A stretch of DNA of 64,000 nt, taken from the NCBI GenBank assembly GCA_963718575.1, contig OY970358.1, forward strand, positions 514,172-578,171, in the 5' to 3' direction. The notes under the pieces are model-generated. The model was not told where the DNA came from. It saw only the letters and a program-made list of their open reading frames with translations, and searched no databases. This document shows positions 18,932 to 27,629 of the stretch, piece after piece; positions within the stretch are counted from its first letter, which is position 1; every line of letters starts with the position of its first letter. The DNA is from an uncultured bacterium. Lineage in GTDB: Bacteria > Patescibacteriota > Minisyncoccia > UBA6257 > 2-01-FULL-56-20. Both the position numbers and the translations under genes were made by a program.

Positions 18932-20668
18932 ATGCCCGAGCAACCGCAACAAAATAATTTTGACGACGTAAAGAAGATCATCGCGCCTGCGGGAGCGCAA
19001 GTGTTCCCGAATTATTTGAAGATCGGGGATAAGCTCGCAAAGACGTTCTTCGTCTTTTCCTATCCGCGCTATCTTTCCACGGGCTGGTTCGAGCCGCTCA
19101 TCAACCTGCCGAATCTTTTTGATGTATCCATTTTTATCAGCCCGATCGATACCGGCAGCGCACTCAAGAACCTGCGCAAGAAAGCAGGGCAGCTCGAATC
19201 GCAGATGAACGAAGAACAGGAAAAGGGCTTGGTGAGAAATCCGGTGTTAGAGACGGCCATCAACGACGTAGAAAATCTGCGTGATTCGTTGCAGCAGTCG
19301 GAGGAAAAGCTTTTCAACACCGGCGTCTACATCACGATCTACGCGGACACGCAGGACGAGCTCGCGCGGATCGAGAGCAAGCTCGTCACGATGATGGAAG
19401 CGAAGCTGATCTATATTAAGCCTGCGCTCTTTGAACAGCTTGAAGGATTGTCTTCCATCTTGCCGATCAACGAAGACAAACTGCAGATTTATTCGCCGAT
19501 GAACACGAGTCCGATCTCATCGTTCTTCCCGTTCGTCTCTGAAGACCTTTCCTCCAACCAGGGGATCATGTACGGCATTAATCTTCACAATAGCAATCTT
19601 GTGATCTTCGATCGATTCTCGCTTGAGAACGCGAACGAAGTGGTCTTTGCAAAATCCGGCGCCGGCAAGTCGTACACCACAAAGCTCGAGATTCTGCGCT
19701 CGCTCATGGCGGGTATCGATATGGTGATCGTGATCGATCCGGAGAACGAATATGGCCGCCTTGCGGAGACATTCGGCGGGAGCATGTTCAATATTTCGCT
19801 GTCGTCACATGAACATATCAATCCATTCGATATCCCGCCCGTGCCGGAAGGCGAAACGCCGTCGGACGTTTTGCGCTCGCACATCGTGAATCTCGCGAGT
19901 CTGCTCAAGCTGATGCTTGGAAAACTCTCGCCGGAAGAGGATGCTCTGCTCGACCGCGCGATCACGGAGACGTACGCCTCGCGCGAGATCGTCGCCGAGA
20001 CCGACTTTGCCGGCAAGGAGCCGCCATTGCTCGGCGACCTTGAAACTGTCCTGCGCAATCTGGAAGGCGGCAAAGACATCGCGGAGAAGCTTTATAAATA
20101 CACCAAAGGCAGCTTCGCGGGATTCTTAAACCAATCCACCAATATCGACGTCTCGAACCGCCTGATCATCTTTTCCATACGCGATCTCGAAGAAGAGCTC
20201 CGCCCGCTCGGCATGTTCGTCGTACTCAACTTCATCTGGAACCTCATCCGCGCAAAACTCGCAAAGCGCCTGCTCTTCATTGACGAGGCGTGGATCATGA
20301 TGAAGAACGACGATAGCGCGACGTTCCTCTTCGGCCTCGTCAAGCGCGCGCGCAAATATTATCTTGGGGTCACAACAATCACTCAAGACGTGGAAGATTT
20401 CTTGCGATCGCCGTACGGCCGTCCGATCGTCACAAACTCTTCTTTGCAATTACTCTTAAAGCAAGCGCCTGCGACGATCGACATCGTTGCAAAAGCATTC
20501 GACCTTACCGAAGCGGAAAAGAATTTCCTTCTCGGCGCGGAGGTCGGCACCGGCATCTTCTTCGCCGGCAAACGCCACGTTGCCATCCAGATCGTGCCGT
20601 CGTATTACGAAGATCAGATCATCACTACGAATCCAGAGCAGTTGCTGGAGGAAAAGAATCAAGTGTAA
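18932..20668 (+). CDS. virB4: VirB4/TrbE/PrgJ-family type IV secretion ATPase (C-terminal ATPase core)
   Basis: Walker A FAKSGAGKSY, Walker B LLFIDEAWIMM (the DEAW motif typical of VirB4), and the C-terminal region. 578 aa. Confidence 0.8.
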   Translation: MPEQPQQNNFDDVKKIIAPAGAQVFPNYLKIGDKLAKTFFVFSYPRYLSTGWFEPLINLPNLFDVSIFISPIDTGSALKNLRKKAGQLESQMNEEQEKGLVRNPVLETAINDVENLRDSLQQSEEKLFNTGVYITIYADTQDELARIESKLVTMMEAKLIYIKPALFEQLEGLSSILPINEDKLQIYSPMNTSPISSFFPFVSEDLSSNQGIMYGINLHNSNLVIFDRFSLENANEVVFAKSGAGKSYTTKLEILRSLMAGIDMVIVIDPENEYGRLAETFGGSMFNISLSSHEHINPFDIPPVPEGETPSDVLRSHIVNLASLLKLMLGKLSPEEDALLDRAITETYASREIVAETDFAGKEPPLLGDLETVLRNLEGGKDIAEKLYKYTKGSFAGFLNQSTNIDVSNRLIIFSIRDLEEELRPLGMFVVLNFIWNLIRAKLAKRLLFIDEAWIMMKNDDSATFLFGLVKRARKYYLGVTTITQDVEDFLRSPYGRPIVTNSSLQLLLKQAPATIDIVAKAFDLTEAEKNFLLGAEVGTGIFFAGKRHVAIQIVPSYYEDQIITTNPEQLLEEKNQV

Positions 20669-20677
20669 TTTTCTTTC

Positions 20678-21562
20678 ATGGAAGAAGATAAAATAGACTT
20701 TTTCGATGCTGGAACGATAATGTTTTTTATTATGGCGCTGATCAGTGACGGCGCGTTTTTAGGTTTATTCGGCTTGCTTATTCCGAGAATAGGACTAGTA
20801 GTCGCAATGTTCGTCCTCGGCGCTCACTATTTCATCGGCATTATTGTCCTTTTTTATTTCTGGGGAAAGACTAAGGGCTTCGCGACAAAGGCAATTCTTG
20901 TGGCTGCATGGTTCCTGCCGTTGCCACTACTCACTATAGGATTATTCTTGGCGATTGTGCTTTCTACAAAACTCGGCCAAGAATTTATTGACTTGGCAGA
21001 AAAGGTGGCGATAAACGACCTAGAGGCGCTACCTCTCGCTGCCGCAGTTGTCGCAGCGCCTGAGACAGGCGGCGCGTCACTTGTAGCTGCCGGAGCTCTT
21101 GAGGGTGGTACAGTCGCTGCGGAAGGGGCGGTCATAGCAACTGAAGGTGCTGCCGTCGCAACAGAGGGAGCGGTGGCCGCAGGAGAGGCAGCAGCTGCAG
21201 CAACAGAAGGGGTGACAACCACCACTACCGAACTTGGAACAGAAGGAGTTGGGGCCGGCGCTGATTTAGGCGAGAACGCTGCCAGCGTCTTTAGTAACCC
21301 CTTGGATAATCCAGTTGGGGAGGCTGGGAAAGAGCTGGATATTCCATCGGAAGAGCAATTTCATGAAGGGGAAGGATTTGAAAACGAGACGCAAGAAGAA
21401 CCCGAGGGAGAAAGAGATGAAATGGATCATAATACCAGAAGGATAGTAAAAGGGGTGGAACGAGCCCAGAAGGTTGTTGATATTATTGATAATGTACGAC
21501 AACCTCAAGGGAATGACGAAGATGAGGATGAGCAGGCTGAAGATCTCGCGGACGCGGCGTAA
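20678..21562 (+). CDS. integral membrane protein (4 TM) with Ala/Gly/Thr-rich linker and acidic C-terminal tail (T4SS-cluster member)
   Basis: Four hydrophobic helices in the first ~120 aa, a low-complexity A/G/E/T segment, then a highly acidic C-terminus (DEDEDEQAEDLADAA). No family assigned. Confidence 0.45.
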   Translation: MEEDKIDFFDAGTIMFFIMALISDGAFLGLFGLLIPRIGLVVAMFVLGAHYFIGIIVLFYFWGKTKGFATKAILVAAWFLPLPLLTIGLFLAIVLSTKLGQEFIDLAEKVAINDLEALPLAAAVVAAPETGGASLVAAGALEGGTVAAEGAVIATEGAAVATEGAVAAGEAAAAATEGVTTTTTELGTEGVGAGADLGENAASVFSNPLDNPVGEAGKELDIPSEEQFHEGEGFENETQEEPEGERDEMDHNTRRIVKGVERAQKVVDIIDNVRQPQGNDEDEDEQAEDLADAA

Positions 21563-21605
21563 CACGCCATATTTCTGCCGTAATTTGCTATACTAAAGCA
21601 AAGAG

Positions 21606-22337
21606 ATGCTATCGCGAACCGTTTTTAAAAAAGTGGCGTTTCTATGCCTTATCGTCTTCGTTGCGTCGGGTGTTTTCCTTTCTTCAAAACCCGTGGAGGC
21701 GCATGCGCAAACCGCCAATGCATCATCACCAACGTTTCTTGTCACGTGGGGAACGACCGGGAGCTATATTCCATCATTTTATTTAGGGAAAGCACTGCCG
21801 ACGTATGGTTCGCAGATCACCGCATCACTTGAACTCATCTCGGCACAAGGAAAAGTGCTCGACCTCAGCGGGCAGACGATCTACTGGTATGTCGATGACA
21901 CGCTGGTGGGCGGTGGTGTTGGCGTGCAACACGTGACGTTTCCACCCGTCGGCGACGCGCCAAATTCCGTGGACCTTCGCGTGACGATTCCCAATTATAA
22001 CGGGGCATATCTTGTCCACGAGATAAGCATTCCGATGGTGCTCCCCAAAACGGTGATATACGCGCCGTATCCGAACGGACAATTTTCACAAAATCCCATC
22101 ACAGTGACCGGGCTTCCATATTTCTTTAACACCACAAGCACCTCGAATCTTTCCTACGCCTGGTCGGTGAATGGCCAAAACGGATCGAATACTGAAAATC
22201 CACAGCAAGCAGAGATCACGCTCCCGGAGGGCACACAGTCGGGGACAGGTCTCGCGATATCGCTCAATGTTACCAATCCGCAGGACTCTACGGTTGGCAC
22301 CGCATCCGTCAATTTAACCTACGAGAGCCAGCTATGA
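21606..22337 (+). CDS. secreted protein with signal peptide (T4SS-cluster member)
   Basis: N-terminal signal peptide (KVAFLCLIVFVASGVFLSSKPVEAHA) and a beta-rich mature region. Stop overlaps the next start (ATGA). Confidence 0.5.
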   Translation: MLSRTVFKKVAFLCLIVFVASGVFLSSKPVEAHAQTANASSPTFLVTWGTTGSYIPSFYLGKALPTYGSQITASLELISAQGKVLDLSGQTIYWYVDDTLVGGGVGVQHVTFPPVGDAPNSVDLRVTIPNYNGAYLVHEISIPMVLPKTVIYAPYPNGQFSQNPITVTGLPYFFNTTSTSNLSYAWSVNGQNGSNTENPQQAEITLPEGTQSGTGLAISLNVTNPQDSTVGTASVNLTYESQL

Positions 22338-22837
22338 TCGACATGAATTATTTATCTATTCCTGTTGCGCATGCGGTCTCGATCAGTATGGGAGTCCCCG
22401 GAACAAATCCGAACACGAGCAGCACACCGCCGGGCGCATTCGTCGCAAATGTTTACCAATTTTCGTTGGCGATCGCCGGAGTGCTCGCATTCGGCGTTGT
22501 GGTGTATGGCGGCGTGAAATATATGACGTCCGCGGGAAATCCATCAGGGCAAGGCGACGCAAAGGAATGGATCGAGGCAGCGCTCCTGGGGTTATTATTA
22601 TTAGCGGGAGCATATTTCATTCTGACCGTAGTCAATCCCCAGTTAACAAACCTCATACTGCCGCCGATCCCGGCGGCAAGCACACAAAGCTCCGCGCCCG
22701 GAGGATCAACTCCCACCCCTGCAGCTCCGCCGGTCACTTGTAATGGAACCACGTGTTCACCGGGACAAAGCTGTCTCCCCAGCACTGCTTTTTCAAATAC
22801 TTTCCAATGTTGTATAGGCACCATATCATGTAATTAA
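22334..22837 (+). CDS. VirB2/TrbC-like pilin candidate with Cys-rich C-terminal extension
   Basis: Signal-like N-terminus, then two hydrophobic helices separated by a short Gly-rich hydrophilic loop (FSLAIAGVLAFGVVVYGGVKYM - TSAGNPSGQGDAKEW - IEAALLGLLLLAGAYFILTVVNP). This is the hallmark topology of T4SS pilins. C-terminal segment is Cys-rich. Translationally coupled to the upstream gene. Confidence 0.45.
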   Translation: MIDMNYLSIPVAHAVSISMGVPGTNPNTSSTPPGAFVANVYQFSLAIAGVLAFGVVVYGGVKYMTSAGNPSGQGDAKEWIEAALLGLLLLAGAYFILTVVNPQLTNLILPPIPAASTQSSAPGGSTPTPAAPPVTCNGTTCSPGQSCLPSTAFSNTFQCCIGTISCN

Positions 22838-22841
22838 TCCT

Positions 22842-24182
22842 ATGAAACGCTATATTTATATCATCATCGGCATCATCGTCGCGGCGGCTATCGCGATATT
22901 GATCCTTTTCCTTTTAAAGGGGCGCTTAGGTAATTCAACTCCCGGCATAACGGGCAACACGACGAGCACCGGCTCGCTTCCGGTCGCGGGCACGCAGGGG
23001 AGTAACGGCACGGGGACGGGAAGCAGTACGACGCCGCTCGGCCTGTCGCCGATAGCCGGCAGCAGCACGCCGGCCGCGAGCAGCCAGATGTCTGTGCAAA
23101 ATTTTGGCGTGCTTTCAAGCGATCCCGTCCTTGATTATTTTATTGATACAAAGAACAACGTCACCGCCATCGAGCCGACCGGCGCCATCTTCACAATTTC
23201 AAATGGACAATCGGCCGTCATTAACTCCTCGACGATCAACGCGATCATCTCCGCCAGCTTTTCCTATGACGGCAAGATGACTTTGGTAAGTTATGGCACG
23301 GCCACCGATCCACAGGCGGCGATATTCAATGTTTCGACAGGCGTATGGACCGGGCTCCCTCAGGGGATGCTCTCGCCCCAGTGGTCGCCGGCAAATAACT
23401 ATCAGATCGCATATCTTGCGGCAACGGGGAACGGCAAACTCGCGCTCGCGACCATCAATGCGGCGAATCTTAAAGCGGGTCCGGTCACGCTGCTTTCGCT
23501 CAACGCGAACGACGTTGCACTCCAGTGGCCCACACAAAGCGAGTTTATTCTTTCGGATAAACCCACCGCGGAAAATGCGGGCTCGGTGTGGGTATTTAAT
23601 TCCGCCACAAACACACTGACTCCTCTTATCTATGAAGTTCCGGGCGCGGAAGGAATCTGGAGCCATAATGCGTCGATCCCGTACGGGTTGACCTTCTTTG
23701 CCAACCCCTCAGGACAAGGCGACACCCTGCAATTGCAGGCCATAACAGGAAATTTGCCGACTGAGGCGCTCAACTTCCTGACGTTGCCTTCCAAGTGCGC
23801 GTTTAACACGGAACTGATGCCGATATCTGCGCCAAGCTCGCCAACAACCGGAACTCCGACATCCACAGCATCCTCAGCTACAGCAAAGAAGGCGGTGCCC
23901 GTGATAGCCGCGGCGACATCCACCCCGTACCTCGCGCTCTACTGCGGCGTCCCGCGCAGCTCAAGCGGATTCTCTTCCGCGCAACTGCCGGACGCCTACA
24001 ACACGATGGCGCTCTTTACTTCGGATGATATCTATAAAATAAATACCGCGACGGGCGCGGATCAGGTGTTATGGAGCGATGCCACGGAGAATATGGATGC
24101 CTCCGATATGAAATTCTTCAACAACGCACTCTTCTTTATCAACCGTTATGACAGTAAACTATACGGCTTAACGTTTAATTAA
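22842..24182 (+). CDS. membrane-anchored protein with beta-propeller-like extracytoplasmic domain (T4SS-cluster member)
   Basis: N-terminal TM anchor (YIYIIIGIIVAAAIAILILFLL), an S/T/G linker, then a ~350-aa beta-rich domain with WSP and TolB-like repeats (inference). Confidence 0.45.
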   Translation: MKRYIYIIIGIIVAAAIAILILFLLKGRLGNSTPGITGNTTSTGSLPVAGTQGSNGTGTGSSTTPLGLSPIAGSSTPAASSQMSVQNFGVLSSDPVLDYFIDTKNNVTAIEPTGAIFTISNGQSAVINSSTINAIISASFSYDGKMTLVSYGTATDPQAAIFNVSTGVWTGLPQGMLSPQWSPANNYQIAYLAATGNGKLALATINAANLKAGPVTLLSLNANDVALQWPTQSEFILSDKPTAENAGSVWVFNSATNTLTPLIYEVPGAEGIWSHNASIPYGLTFFANPSGQGDTLQLQAITGNLPTEALNFLTLPSKCAFNTELMPISAPSSPTTGTPTSTASSATAKKAVPVIAAATSTPYLALYCGVPRSSSGFSSAQLPDAYNTMALFTSDDIYKINTATGADQVLWSDATENMDASDMKFFNNALFFINRYDSKLYGLTFN

Positions 24183-24184
24183 AA

Positions 24185-24245
24185 AGCTGTAGCTGTTGAG
24201 CGCTTGAGCGTTCCTACGCGGTAGCGAAACAGCTATGGCTTTTTA
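24185..24245. repeat. copy 1 of conserved hairpin-embedded element (core TGAGCGCTTGAGCGTTCCTACGCGGTAGCGAAA) with T-run, between convergent genes
   Basis: Seen in sequence. Outer stem agctgt/acagct, conserved ~33-nt core, then ttttt. See findings. Confidence 0.6.
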
Positions 24246-24247
24246 AT

Positions 24248-24685
24248 TTATTCCAATATCGGCTTGATAATGACGTAGCGTTCTTTTCCTTCGCCGGCGC
24301 TTTCTGTCTTCACTTCAGGATGCACCGCGAGCTCCATGTGTACCAGCCGGCGCTCGTAGGAGTTCATTGCGGGGAGCGCAACCTCCGCCTTTGTGGTTGC
24401 CGCCTTTTTTGCCGCAGCGCGCGCGAGTTCCGCGATCAAACGCTCGCGGTCGTGGCGGTAATTATTGACGTCGAGAAATATCGCTTCGGCCTGGTTCTTT
24501 TTTGCGACCATCTGGAGAATGTGATTCACCGCATCCACGATCGCGGGGAGGTTCTCCTTCACCATCTCGGCGTCTTCATAAATAAAAACCGAGCCCCGGC
24601 GTTCATCTATCTTTATCTCTAAGTGATAATCCTTAAATCCGATGAGGTCCAGCGTCTTTTTAATGAATGATTCCCAGTTGTCCAT
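24248..24685 (-). CDS. jag: Jag/KhpB-like RNA-binding protein (R3H domain)
   Basis: C-terminal R3H motif (SYERRLVHMELAVHPEVKTESAGEGKERYVIIKP). Sits downstream of yidC in the conserved rpmH-rnpA-yidC-jag arrangement. Confidence 0.8.
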   Translation of the reverse strand: MDNWESFIKKTLDLIGFKDYHLEIKIDERRGSVFIYEDAEMVKENLPAIVDAVNHILQMVAKKNQAEAIFLDVNNYRHDRERLIAELARAAAKKAATTKAEVALPAMNSYERRLVHMELAVHPEVKTESAGEGKERYVIIKPILE

Positions 24686-24769
24686 AGGTTCCCGTAACTA
24701 TTCCATATTCTGCCGACAAAATCAAGCATCGTCTGCCTGCCGTTGTTTTATATATGAAATATGAATTGC

Positions 24770-25483
24770 CTATGCCCCGTACTTTTTCTGGAGATGCTTG
24801 TTGACGAAGTACTGTTGGATGGCGGAGAAGAGGGAGCTCATCAACCAATAGAGACCGAGTGCGGCGGGAAAGTTATAAAACACGAGGATTGTGATGATTG
24901 GACCGACAAACACCATTTGTCGGGCGATTTTTTCGGCTTGCGATAGCGCGCCGGTGTTTGTGGGGGACCGATAGATGGTAAGTTTTGCCTGAAGAAATTG
25001 CGCGGCGGCGGCGGCGAGGATGAGGATGAAGTTCGGATTCGCAAGATTGATGAATCCTAAAAATATCGTGTTGATGTGCCGTGGAGCTGGGACAAAGGAA
25101 TATAATCCCGCGATCGCTCCCGTGCCGATACCGGAGCGGATCACCCAATAGAACGTGAGGAGGATCGGAAGCTGGATGATGAGCAATAACATTCCGGAAA
25201 ACGGATTCACGCCGTGTTCTTTATATAACTCCATCAGCGCCTTCGCCTGCGCATCGCGATCCTCTTTATGTTTTATCTGAATATCTTTTATCTTCGGCTG
25301 GATGCGTTGCATGAGCATCTGCTGCTTCGCGCCGGTATGGAAGAATGGATAGAGGATGAGGCGGATGAAAAGCGTGACGAGGATGATCGCGACGCCGAGA
25401 TCGTGATACCCGATTGTATTGTAAAAAAAGATAAGAAGGTTGAGGACCGGCCGGTAGAATATCTGCTGGTAGAGATAAACCAT
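24770..25483 (-). CDS. yidC: membrane protein insertase YidC (short, Gram-positive type)
   Basis: Five-TM core with the conserved region (QQ.L.Q.IQPKIK...) and a KK-rich C-terminal tail. 237 aa. Confidence 0.9.
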   Translation of the reverse strand: MVYLYQQIFYRPVLNLLIFFYNTIGYHDLGVAIILVTLFIRLILYPFFHTGAKQQMLMQRIQPKIKDIQIKHKEDRDAQAKALMELYKEHGVNPFSGMLLLIIQLPILLTFYWVIRSGIGTGAIAGLYSFVPAPRHINTIFLGFINLANPNFILILAAAAAQFLQAKLTIYRSPTNTGALSQAEKIARQMVFVGPIITILVFYNFPAALGLYWLMSSLFSAIQQYFVNKHLQKKYGA

Positions 25484-25494
25484 ATTTTTTATTT

Positions 25495-25812
25495 TTATAA
25501 TTGGGTTTTGGTCAGCGCCTTTACAACCTCCTCCTTAAATTGCTTCTTTGTGATGCGATTTGCGCCCGGCAAAACTATCATAAGGATATCACTTCCGGGC
25601 GTCGCGTGGGCAACAAGCACCGCTTGCGCCTGCCGCTTCCAAAAATTCCTTTTTACTGCGGTTTTATGAACGGATACTCCCGCCACGATCCCGATCCTTG
25701 CACGATCGCCGGCATTCTTCTTTGTTTTAAGAAGGAAAAACGCGGTTGGGGTTGTTTTATAGCCTCGGGCGCGGAACTGGTCCGAGGGAAGGCGCATTGT
25801 TTTAATGGCCAT
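25495..25812 (-). CDS. rnpA: ribonuclease P protein component
   Basis: Basic ~105-aa protein with the RNR-like motif region (RIGIVAGVSVHKTAVKRN..KR), between rpmH and yidC. Confidence 0.85.
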   Translation of the reverse strand: MAIKTMRLPSDQFRARGYKTTPTAFFLLKTKKNAGDRARIGIVAGVSVHKTAVKRNFWKRQAQAVLVAHATPGSDILMIVLPGANRITKKQFKEEVVKALTKTQL

Positions 25813-25830
25813 AATGGCTTTAAAGGCCGT

Positions 25831-25965
25831 TTAAACGGCAAGCTTCTTCCTTCCTTTCGCCCTGCGGCGGGAAAGAACGCGGCGGCCGGTAGGGCTGGCC
25901 TGACGCACTAAAAAACCATGGGTGGTTTTTCGCTTCTTTTTCTTCGGATTGTATGTGAACGACAT
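25831..25965 (-). CDS. rpmH: 50S ribosomal protein L34
   Basis: The last 44 aa of track ORF 25831-26124 read [44 protein letters not shown], a canonical L34. The start is the internal Met (cat on plus at 25963-25965). Confidence 0.88.
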   Translation of the reverse strand: MSFTYNPKKKKRKTTHGFLVRQASPTGRRVLSRRRAKGRKKLAV

Positions 25966-26039
25966 TCCCTCGATAATATCATAGGTTTTTGAAAAAGCAA
26001 AGCCCCGCACCGCCAAGCCGCAGATGTTTTTTATTCTCT

Positions 26040-26125
26040 CCCCACGTAATCCACAGGAAGATAACTTTCTTTGTTTATGCGCTCTTTGACTTGTGCGAAG
26101 GAAGAGATAATAATGAATCCACAAA
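26040..26125. promoter_or_regulatory. DnaA-box-like motifs (taatccaca, gaatccaca) in the rpmH-dnaA spacer; dnaA promoter and possible oriC part
   Basis: Seen in sequence: 8/9 matches to TTATCCACA at about 26047 and about 26114, in the divergent spacer upstream of dnaA. Confidence 0.35.
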
Positions 26126-26143
26126 CTTAATTATTTTTTAATC

Positions 26144-27496
26144 ATGGACCTTGAACAGATGTGGCAGTCGACGTTAGGGGAGATGGAGGTTCAACTGACG
26201 AAGGCGCACTTTGCGACGTGGCTAAAAAATAGTCGGCCGATCAATAAAAAGGATGATACGCTCTTTGTCGCGCTCCCGAGCAACTTTGCAAAAACATGGG
26301 TGGAGGAAAAATATCAAAAAAACATCATCGGCATCGTCCGAAATATGGATACGTCGGTCAAAAAGATCGAATTCGTGGTAGGAAGCAAACAGATTGCGTT
26401 CAATGCTCCCGCGCCTGAGGTAAAGAACGTCCAAAGTGGCGGCGCCGAACTTGATTTTGCAAAAACCGATCCGGAAACAGGATTGAACCCCAAATATACG
26501 CTGGCTTCGTTCGTCGTCGGCCCCTCAAACGAACTTGCGTTCGCCGCCGCCGCTGCGATCACTGAAGCACCCGGCAAAAAATACAATCCTTTTTTCATCT
26601 ACGGCGGCGTCGGACTCGGAAAGACCCATCTTATCCAGGCGATCGGCAACGAACTCAATGCGAAGTTTAAAGGAAAGATAAAAACGAAATATGTTTCCTC
26701 CGAACAATTCACGCGCGACATCGTGTGGGGGCTTCGCAACGACCGGATTGAAAGCGTAAAAAAGAAATATCGCGATGTCGACGTGTTGATTATCGACGAT
26801 ATCCAATTCATCGGCGGAAAAGAAAAGACGGAAGAAGAATTTTTCCACACTTTCAACGCGCTCTATGAGAATGATAAGCAGATCATCATCTCGTCCGACC
26901 GGCCGCCGCAATCCCTCCCGACGCTCGAAGAGCGCCTTCGTTCGCGTTTTGAGGGCGGGCTTATCGCGGACGTGTCCTATCCGGAATTCGAGATGCGCGT
27001 GGCGATCATCCGCAGCAAACTCCAGGAGATGAACCACCCATTGAGCGATCAGGTGACCGACCTCATCGCGAAGCGCCTCCGGAAGAACATCCGCGAGTTG
27101 GAAGGGGTGCTTAAGAAGATTATATTCTATGAGGAGCGAAAACAGACGGAGATCACCGTGAAGGCGGCCGAGGAGATCATAGAAAAGGCCACCCAGAACC
27201 TCTCTAAGCGCGTCACCGATGCCCAGATCCTGAAGTCTGTGGCTGAGTTCTTTAATATCGCCGTCGAGGACCTTGTGAGCCATAATCGCCGTAAGGAAGT
27301 GGTGGAGCCGCGCCAGATCGCAATCTATCTTCTTCGGGATATCTCGGAGCTTTCCTATCCGTATATTGGTGAGAAGCTGGGGAGAGACCACACCACCGCC
27401 ATCCACTCCTACGAAAAAATCAACAGTGAGATCAACAGAAACCCCGCACTTAATCAAAAGATATTAACCATTAAGGATATGATTTATAAGAGTTAG
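26144..27496 (+). CDS. dnaA: chromosomal replication initiator DnaA
   Basis: AAA+ Walker A GGVGLGKTHL, sensor motifs, and the C-terminal DNA-binding domain IV (…IAIYLLRDISELSYPYIGEKLGRDHTT). Confidence 0.95.
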   Translation: MDLEQMWQSTLGEMEVQLTKAHFATWLKNSRPINKKDDTLFVALPSNFAKTWVEEKYQKNIIGIVRNMDTSVKKIEFVVGSKQIAFNAPAPEVKNVQSGGAELDFAKTDPETGLNPKYTLASFVVGPSNELAFAAAAAITEAPGKKYNPFFIYGGVGLGKTHLIQAIGNELNAKFKGKIKTKYVSSEQFTRDIVWGLRNDRIESVKKKYRDVDVLIIDDIQFIGGKEKTEEEFFHTFNALYENDKQIIISSDRPPQSLPTLEERLRSRFEGGLIADVSYPEFEMRVAIIRSKLQEMNHPLSDQVTDLIAKRLRKNIRELEGVLKKIIFYEERKQTEITVKAAEEIIEKATQNLSKRVTDAQILKSVAEFFNIAVEDLVSHNRRKEVVEPRQIAIYLLRDISELSYPYIGEKLGRDHTTAIHSYEKINSEINRNPALNQKILTIKDMIYKS

Positions 27497-27629
27497 TCCT
27501 ATGGTTGTCCACATAGGAAGTGCGTGGTAGGGGTTATGGATATTGAATAAAAAAACTTTATCCCCAAAAAAGCACCTCACTAATAACAATAATCATAAAA
27601 AGTATTTAAATATAATTTATAATTAAGAG
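27497..27629. promoter_or_regulatory. candidate oriC segment: DnaA boxes (ttgtccaca, ttatcccca) plus AT-rich DNA-unwinding-like stretch between dnaA and dnaN
   Basis: Seen in sequence: ttgtccaca at about 27505 (inside the inverted repeat cctatg...catagg), ttatcccca at about 27558, then about 50 nt with more than 80% AT. dnaA-dnaN spacers commonly hold oriC. Confidence 0.5.

Noticed and set aside
26525-27457. 310-aa ORF antisense to dnaA
   Set aside because: Shadow ORF inside a strongly supported dnaA gene.
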